A stretch of 64,000 nt of DNA from Obrimoposthia wandeli (Eukaryota), in the NCBI GenBank assembly GCA_977020255.1, contig CDROCS010002078.1, forward strand, positions 124,001 to 188,000. Direction: 5' to 3'. The translations under genes and the position numbers were made by a program. Positions 30,709 through 37,367 of this stretch are shown in pieces (position 1 is the stretch's first letter; the number at the start of each line of letters is the position of its first letter). A model generated the notes under the pieces. It made no database searches. It saw nothing but the letters and a program-made list of their open reading frames with translations, and was not told the DNA's origin.

Positions 30709-32031
30709 ATGGTATTACGTAATTCACATGGGAAAAGAGATATCATGAGAGTCCATTTAATCGACGCTGACACTGAAAAGATAATTTGTCAGATGGACAC
30801 TAAATACTTTGATGGAAAGACAATTGTATGTTGTATACCAGAATCTCACCGGTTAGACACAGATCAAACGGAAGTATCTGTAAGGTTGAGCGTAATAGAA
30901 GGATTCCATTCGCCAACCCATCCGGAAGTGACTAACAATAAAATCATCAAAGCAACGGCAGAATTACGCATTGACAGCGGATACCGGAAGTGGGAAGCTA
31001 AAAATAAAAAGCCACAAAGAATCAATATGATCCGAGAACAAGTGACCAACTCAATCCAGCCAAAATATCATGCTGAAATAGTATCATCCGCGCCAAGTGT
31101 GATCACATCGATAAACGACGAAATTATAATTTTACTAAAAAATCGATGGCCGTCATCAACTGAGATACGAGTAAACTTAATTAATTATGCGAAGACACCG
31201 ATATCTAAGCTGAATGTTACCTATTTTGATGGATTGTCCATCATGGGTAAATTGGAAACAATTGTCATGTGCTATGGAGCACAGTTCCAAGTTGAGATAC
31301 TTAAAGATAGTGTAATACCGTATCCGATTCACAAATACGAAGGGGAAATCAATCCAATTATTCTAACACCTTCATTAATTTCAGTTCAGACAGACATACC
31401 AGAATACCCTTCGAGCGAGTCTAGTGAAGACAGCGAACCGGAAAGTAACGATACAGAATCAACAGAATCCGAAGATAACATAATAGAGCGATTCGGAAGA
31501 ACCATGGAGGTTGAATTCGCTAAAGAGAGCAGAAAAAGACAAAATATAGAATTCGTGAAACAGAATATACAAGAAAGACGAATTAAATCTGCAGAAGAGA
31601 CCGAGTCGGAAGAAGACTCAACAAAGGAACAGACATCAGAGACAAAGATGAATATCTCTCCAGCAATACGAATGCTGAGAGGAAAGAAACTGGCGAAACT
31701 ATCCAACATCGACGAACAGATAGAGAAGAGATTAGAAAGACTAAAACTTGAAGAGTCAGAACTAACGCCACCAATGAGTGAGATCATTCCAGGTAAGTTA
31801 TACCTCGGAAATGTGGAGGATGCAACCGATGAAAAGAAACTGTTGAAACAAGGGATAACATATGTGATCAACGTTACAATGAATCACAAATCGCAATATC
31901 AGACGATCAGAGCTATGACATTAAGAGTAAAAGACTCAATGGACGCTAATCTTCTCGAATGGTTCGTAGAAACAAACGAAATACTTCACAGAGAACTCCG
32001 AAACCAAGGAAAAGTGTTGGTACATTGTTAG
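30709..32031 (+). CDS. Polyprotein segment 5: beta-rich repeats 2-3, acidic linker, N-terminal part of a dual-specificity phosphatase
   Basis: MSEIIPGKLYLGN...LLKQGITYVINVT...KVLVHC*. Joins segment 4 if one A is added at 30676-30679. Ends at a TAG inside the P-loop HC*KGISRS. Confidence 0.9.
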   Translation: MVLRNSHGKRDIMRVHLIDADTEKIICQMDTKYFDGKTIVCCIPESHRLDTDQTEVSVRLSVIEGFHSPTHPEVTNNKIIKATAELRIDSGYRKWEAKNKKPQRINMIREQVTNSIQPKYHAEIVSSAPSVITSINDEIIILLKNRWPSSTEIRVNLINYAKTPISKLNVTYFDGLSIMGKLETIVMCYGAQFQVEILKDSVIPYPIHKYEGEINPIILTPSLISVQTDIPEYPSSESSEDSEPESNDTESTESEDNIIERFGRTMEVEFAKESRKRQNIEFVKQNIQERRIKSAEETESEEDSTKEQTSETKMNISPAIRMLRGKKLAKLSNIDEQIEKRLERLKLEESELTPPMSEIIPGKLYLGNVEDATDEKKLLKQGITYVINVTMNHKSQYQTIRAMTLRVKDSMDANLLEWFVETNEILHRELRNQGKVLVHC

Positions 32032-33948
32032 AAAGGAATTTCTCGATCAGCAACTCTAGTATTAGCATATCTAATAAAGACTAGACGAATGCAGGTACTA
32101 GAAGCGCTAAAATACCTACAGGAGAGAAGAAGTATTGCAAACCCAAATCTTAATTTTTTGGGACAGTTGGCAAATTACCAACTTCTGTTGCAAGAACAAA
32201 GACGGATGGACGACATTCCTGAGGATCCAAAGGAAAAGAATTTCCTCCAAGCATTATCATTGACTGGGTTATTTTTAGCCGGAGTCGACAAAATTACACA
32301 GATAATGCCAAAAGTATTTTTATGTCATCCAGGAGATATAGATACTGCTGGATTAAAGTTCCACAGTATCAACCGAGTAATCAACATTGTTGAAGTCGGA
32401 AACGAGATAATTAGTCTGTGTCAAAATACTGAAGATGACACCACTCGATACATACATGCTTCCAATCGAGAAATAAACGATGCACAACAACATCTGACGA
32501 AATTGACTCAAACCATCCAAGCTGAAGTCACAGAAGGAAACGGCGTTCTGATATATCAGAAAAAAGGTACGATGTTAGCGCCTACCATAGGTGTATCCTT
32601 GTTGGTAGAGTACCATGGTCACACGCCAGAAGAAGCGATGGTCTACATCAAACAGAATAGACCGAATACGGAATTCAAACCGTTACTCGTTCGAGAAATA
32701 GAGAAATACACCGAAAAGAGGAAGCAACAACGAGAAACAAATGAAGCTACAACAACAGTGCCCAGCTTTCAATACCAAAGATTGTTAGCGATAGGCTTGT
32801 TAAGTTGTTTAATGCCGATAACGGGAGCACAAGAGATAGGCTCCAACCACGGAAATAGTTCCTGGTTCAACGAAATCCACAACTACACCATACAGTACCA
32901 TACGCCGGCACTGATGATGCTATTAGTATTGTTAGGACTAATTGATGTGTGGATCATCCGAAAATGTCTTCGATCTATGAGAACCGACAGTAAAAGATTT
33001 CAGTTTGTAAAGATGAAGAGACCAAATGGACCAACGAACAAAGTGCTTGTGTATCTAGACGAAAGGATCGAGGACAACATAGTAAATGAAGCGATATTTT
33101 ACCCACAAAACAGAATACTGAATCAATTTCGAATAGATTACGAAGCTGACCGACAGCGCACACTTGACCGAATATCAACAACATTCGCTGGATGCAAGCG
33201 AAGAAAACGAGTTGTAAAGGAAATACAAAAAGATGCTGATACAAAAGGACCAACGTATATATTCGATGGCGATGTCATCAAAACACGTGAGTATGGAAGT
33301 AAGAGAGTGATAATTGAAACGATGGAAGGACATAAAACATGTTTGTCCGCCAAAAATGGATTCGGAAAGTTGACGATACAAGGTAAACCAGTACAGTTGA
33401 TTATCGGAAGAAATGGAATCGAGGAGATGTCAAAACAACGACAGATAACAAAACGATCTAATCAGAAACAGATATCTCTCAAACGATTGATAATTAAAAC
33501 CCTTTGCAAAAGGTCGGTCAAGGCCCTGTGCACCGTTGCACAAGGATTGATCTATGGAGTAGTAATTGGATTGGTACTGCAAGCCATGCCAACCAGTAAA
33601 GCCGAATTGATGACACTATCCGAATATAATTTACATTTGAGAAATCTAGACAACACCCTAGAAATAATCAAGACATCCCACAGTAGAGCCGTGATGATCA
33701 TGTGTGTAAAAGGATGTCCAGGACGAATGTGTATAGTCCCAGCGACCGAAATGATAACACTTAATGGACATTATGGAGTTAGTGTTGTCACATGTGAAGA
33801 CTACATATTTGGACAAACTAAAATAGTGCTTCTCAGTGACATGTCCAACCAAAGTGCACACAAATTTAAAATATTAACCATCAAGAGTAAAGGAATACCA
33901 GCAGTACGTTATGGTATTCTAGAATTGGTTAAACATTACTGGCACTGA
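32032..33948 (+). CDS. Polyprotein segment 6: rest of the DSP, DSP-like pseudophosphatase, signal-peptide/TM membrane modules
   Basis: In frame after the TAG: KGISRSATLVLAYLI...EALKYLQERRSIANPNLNFLGQL. Second DSP fold (ITQIMPKVFL...INRVINI...GVLIYQKKG...EEAMVYIKQNRP) lacks the catalytic Cys/Arg. Hydrophobic segments at 32782-32829, 32908-32958 and ~33520-33603. Confidence 0.88.
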   Translation, partial: KGISRSATLVLAYLIKTRRMQVLEALKYLQERRSIANPNLNFLGQLANYQLLLQEQRRMDDIPEDPKEKNFLQALSLTGLFLAGVDKITQIMPKVFLCHPGDIDTAGLKFHSINRVINIVEVGNEIISLCQNTEDDTTRYIHASNREINDAQQHLTKLTQTIQAEVTEGNGVLIYQKKGTMLAPTIGVSLLVEYHGHTPEEAMVYIKQNRPNTEFKPLLVREIEKYTEKRKQQRETNEATTTVPSFQYQRLLAIGLLSCLMPITGAQEIGSNHGNSSWFNEIHNYTIQYHTPALMMLLVLLGLIDVWIIRKCLRSMRTDSKRFQFVKMKRPNGPTNKVLVYLDERIEDNIVNEAIFYPQNRILNQFRIDYEADRQRTLDRISTTFAGCKRRKRVVKEIQKDADTKGPTYIFDGDVIKTREYGSKRVIIETMEGHKTCLSAKNGFGKLTIQGKPVQLIIGRNGIEEMSKQRQITKRSNQKQISLKRLIIKTLCKRSVKALCTVAQGLIYGVVIGLVLQAMPTSKAELMTLSEYNLHLRNLDNTLEIIKTSHSRAVMIMCVKGCPGRMCIVPATEMITLNGHYGVSVVTCEDYIFGQTKIVLLSDMSNQSAHKFKILTIKSKGIPAVRYGILELVKHYWH

Positions 33949-35444
33949 TCATTGGATTTATAATATTAATACTACTCATCTTGTTTTGTTGTACAAAGAT
34001 AGAGTCGAGATCAAAAAAGAAACGTCATGATCTCGCAAGACGAACAGGTCAAATGAACTTACAAAAATTCAACACAATTATACCAAGACCACCATTTCTA
34101 GATGAACCAGCACCAGAGTACCAGCCAACGATATATGAACATATTGAGGAAAGACCGTACTATATGAGTAATTTGACTTGTTTCATTGAAGTTCCTGAGT
34201 TTAGGAATCGAACGATCATAGGAATCATGCTGATCATACAAATCACCACTACCAAGGCTAGTTATGAGATCATGATCAGTAAATGGAGACAAGACGTAAT
34301 ACGGGCAGTATACATAGAAATCCCCCTACTAAAAACAAATCACGTAGTAGACATTCATCTACAGACGTCAGCAACTGACAATATCGATCAGAAATTGTAT
34401 GTCATCCGACAGGTCAGAATAAAAATCGACCAAAATACACCCGTTTACAATTTAATATTATTGTATCATGAAAGAGTGTTATACCTAAGGATAACAATAT
34501 CAAAGAGGAAGCGGATTATCCAAAGTATCCGAACAAAGTCATTAATATTGCCTAGAGATGAGCGCATCTGGAAAATTGTCGACAGGATTATGATCACAGG
34601 CAGACGACGTAAAACCGTATGGAATTCCGTTAGAATATTTTTCAGATTGTTAGAAACTGACAGGGTGACAGTAATGTGTCCCAACCCAGATGGCGGAATC
34701 AGATTCGAAATCCAAAGCCAAATGTTAGTACCACATTTTAACACAGAATGTCTGTGTAATCGAATTGCCAGTAATACTACAGAGACCTCGACCATAATCA
34801 TGATAATAACAGGTGAAATATTCTACATAACTCTAAGATACCAGAACCGTCGATTTCGTAAATCCGGTATAAGTATCAAACCCAGGAAAATCATTCCCAA
34901 AAGACCAATCCTAGTCAAAAAGAAGGCAAAGGTAATCGAAAGTAAACGCCATTCCAAAAAACCGACAGTGATCAGAACAAAGACAGAAGCGAAAGAAAAA
35001 GAGCTAAATCCCAGAAACCAAAGTACAATTATTAAGAGGACAAGAGTGAGGGGAACGATCCCACTAGATCCCAAACATCATTTCCAATCCAAAATAATAA
35101 TACCTGTTCCATCAGAAACAAAACACCCAAATCCCCGAATTTTTAGAAAATCGGACATAATACATGGAAACCGATCAAAACCCATGGAAATGTCATTCGA
35201 ACCGACAAACAACAAAATGAAGTATGATTATAAATCATCAGACAGCGGAATAACAGCGGTCAATGCCCTAATTGGAATGGCCGTAGTGTCAACAGCAGTG
35301 GTTTTATTGACAATCATGTGCGTAAAAGGCAGTCAAGTATGCCCAGGAATACGACGAAAATGCGAAGGATTTCGATGCTGTGACACACCCACCATGGAGG
35401 AAGTGGAATTGCGACCCTTACCTCCGCCTCCCATCAAGATATGA
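33933..35444 (+). CDS. Polyprotein segment 7: TM, Tyr-motif tail, type I membrane protein with proline-rich C-terminus
   Basis: The frame is open from 33933 (TLLALIIGFIILILLILFCC). Joins segment 6 if one A is added at 33931-33933. TIYEHI at 34128-34145; signal-like 34215-34259; TM ~35259-35324; RPLPPPP at 35412-35432. Confidence 0.8.
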   Translation, partial: TLLALIIGFIILILLILFCCTKIESRSKKKRHDLARRTGQMNLQKFNTIIPRPPFLDEPAPEYQPTIYEHIEERPYYMSNLTCFIEVPEFRNRTIIGIMLIIQITTTKASYEIMISKWRQDVIRAVYIEIPLLKTNHVVDIHLQTSATDNIDQKLYVIRQVRIKIDQNTPVYNLILLYHERVLYLRITISKRKRIIQSIRTKSLILPRDERIWKIVDRIMITGRRRKTVWNSVRIFFRLLETDRVTVMCPNPDGGIRFEIQSQMLVPHFNTECLCNRIASNTTETSTIIMIITGEIFYITLRYQNRRFRKSGISIKPRKIIPKRPILVKKKAKVIESKRHSKKPTVIRTKTEAKEKELNPRNQSTIIKRTRVRGTIPLDPKHHFQSKIIIPVPSETKHPNPRIFRKSDIIHGNRSKPMEMSFEPTNNKMKYDYKSSDSGITAVNALIGMAVVSTAVVLLTIMCVKGSQVCPGIRRKCEGFRCCDTPTMEEVELRPLPPPPIKI

Positions 35445-35567
35445 TGAGTCAGAGGAGGTTGTAGATAAATTAGTGTGTGAAATATGTAGAAATATCTAGA
35501 AGCGATTGTACAAATAGTAGAAATATATAAAACTCATGTAGAAATTAATCATCATCATGTATTTAGA

Positions 35568-35867
35568 ATGGCTGAAGAATGCCCAATATGTTTGGAAGAT
35601 CTAACCGAACGAAGAACAAGACCCGAAACCTGCAACCATTTACACCACGAGGAATGTTTATCGACATGGATCAGAACTTATGGACAGTTCGGACATCCAA
35701 CATACCCTTGTTGCCCTGTATGCAGAAGACAATTCGCAAGATTCATCATGTTAGAAACCAACCAAGAGGATGTATATGTACAGGTGGTATTCTGTTGGAA
35801 GAATTTCGGAGAGTGTTGGTGTTATTACTGTTTGTCAGATCGACAAAATCAGACCACTTTTGTGTAA
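35568..35867 (+). CDS. Accessory RING-H2 protein 1 (99 aa)
   Basis: CPIC...CNHLHHEECLSTW...CPVCRRQF, plus C-terminal CWKNFGECWCYYC. Confidence 0.85.
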   Translation: MAEECPICLEDLTERRTRPETCNHLHHEECLSTWIRTYGQFGHPTYPCCPVCRRQFARFIMLETNQEDVYVQVVFCWKNFGECWCYYCLSDRQNQTTFV

Positions 35868-35927
35868 ACATCACACAACCACCAGTCCTCAATCGAGCCC
35901 AAATTCAACATCAACCCTCCCACAGTA

Positions 35928-36232
35928 ATGTCTGGAGAATGTTCCATCTGCTACGAGAGCATCGTGGACTTCTACACCAAGCCCAACAACTGCGACCACC
36001 TTTTCCACGTCGAATGCCTCGAGACGTGGATCCCCATCGCAAACAGCAACAATCCCCTCGACTTCCCAACCTGCCGATGTGCAGAGCGACCTTCTCAGTA
36101 CACTACGTGTACAACCAAGACAGCCTCCAAGCAGTGGTACCCATCGTACACTGCTGGAAAACCATCTGCGATTGCTGGTGCTCGTTCTGCGTGGAGGAGC
36201 GAAGCACAGGCCAGCCCAATCCCCAACAATAA
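35928..36232 (+). CDS. Accessory RING-H2 protein 2 (~101 aa after repairing a 1-nt loss)
   Basis: CSIC...CDHLFHVECLETW...TC|PMCRATF...CWKTICDCWCSFC. The two halves lie in track ORFs 35928 and 35579 and are joined by adding one C at 36074-36075. Confidence 0.82.
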
Positions 36233-36567
36233 TCGAAGGTAACTTTCTGACTTGAACGTGACATCATGAACTACCCTGTGTATCGCATACCGCGATAAAT
36301 TAGCTACCATAATTGTAATCATAATTATATAATCTTGTGAACTGTAAATTGACCATTACCATTTTTATGTATGATGTTTAACTGAAATTGTAATTATTAT
36401 ACTGAATTTCTAAAAAAGACAATTTTTTATGCTTAGTGTGAATGCGTAAACATGCCTAAAATCGAAACAAAACTCGGTAGGATTGGATAACTAAGGATTC
36501 GTTTTGAAATAAAAATTAAATTAACGATGAGAACGGTGAACCCCAAATTGAAAGGAGTTATTTTCTT

Positions 36568-37104
36568 ATGCAGATGAAGTGCTCTGTATGCATGGAGAAG
36601 ATTTGGGCGGTATCAGCATCCCCTGTCGGCTGCCGTCACAAATTCCACGAGGAGTGCCTCTATTTGTGGGCCAAGGCTCGACCCCCCGGCCATATCACAT
36701 GTCCACTGTGCCGGACACCCTTTGGCAAATGGACGCTCCAGAGCCGTGGAAGGCACAAGGGCACCCGATCGCCTGCCAGCTGCATTGGTGGCATACATTG
36801 CCAATGCTACGTGTGTCTCGCACGCCGGCGCGACACACAACTGGGCATCCGCGAGAGATGGCGGTCTAGTCGAGACTGCCACTCGTGGTTCCAGGCCATA
36901 CGTCTCTGGATAGAAAATCACGCGATGAACGGGCAGTATTTCGACCTGTTTGTCGAGAGCCCACACCTAACCCGGAGCCAACAACTACACCTGTACAACG
37001 GGGACAGTCCGTCCTTTCCCGACCTACCCCTGGAGCAGGTTCTGCGCTACCTGGCCAGTCGGAACCAGCCGACAATTACAATTGACCTAACTTATGACAA
37101 TTGA
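36568..37104 (+). CDS. Accessory RING-H2 protein 3 (176-178 aa), GC-rich
   Basis: CSVC...CRHKFHEECLYLW...CPLCRTPF, plus CIGGIHCQCYVC. The ATG at 36574 follows a TTTTCTTATGCAG acceptor-like site. Confidence 0.85.
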   Translation: MQMKCSVCMEKIWAVSASPVGCRHKFHEECLYLWAKARPPGHITCPLCRTPFGKWTLQSRGRHKGTRSPASCIGGIHCQCYVCLARRRDTQLGIRERWRSSRDCHSWFQAIRLWIENHAMNGQYFDLFVESPHLTRSQQLHLYNGDSPSFPDLPLEQVLRYLASRNQPTITIDLTYDN

Positions 37105-37367
37105 TCCTTTCCTCCCTTCTTTCCTTCCTAATCCTTGGTTATGCATGTAGTTTTGTGTATAGATAATAATGTATAGTCTGAGACTTGCTCCAAATTATAC
37201 ATTATGTTTCCCACTAAAAACCGGGATTTTGAGAAATTTTGTTTTGGGCATGTTTGTTGAAGTTGAATGATTGATTTTGTAGGGATGAACCTAAAATCAA
37301 CAGCCAGAGGCTTGTTTAAGTAAAATCGATACGTTCCGGGGACGTAACTTTTGGAACCCCCGAGGTA

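Noticed and set aside
29943-33933. Programmed -1 ribosomal frameshifting at the three A-run junctions
   Set aside because: No X XXY YYZ heptamer is evident at these sites, and they split domains internally. Deletion or sequencing error is more parsimonious; the question is kept open in the lesion finding.
19696-35074. Numerous minus-strand ORFs within the giant element (e.g. 25014-25496, 31386-31871)
   Set aside because: These are antisense shadows of a long A-rich sense ORF, with hydrophobic S/F/L-rich composition and no motifs.
35579-35927. N-terminal part of the 217-aa ORF 35579-36232 as a separate gene
   Set aside because: It overlaps RING1 out of frame; only its last ~50 codons are meaningful, as the frameshifted tail of RING2.
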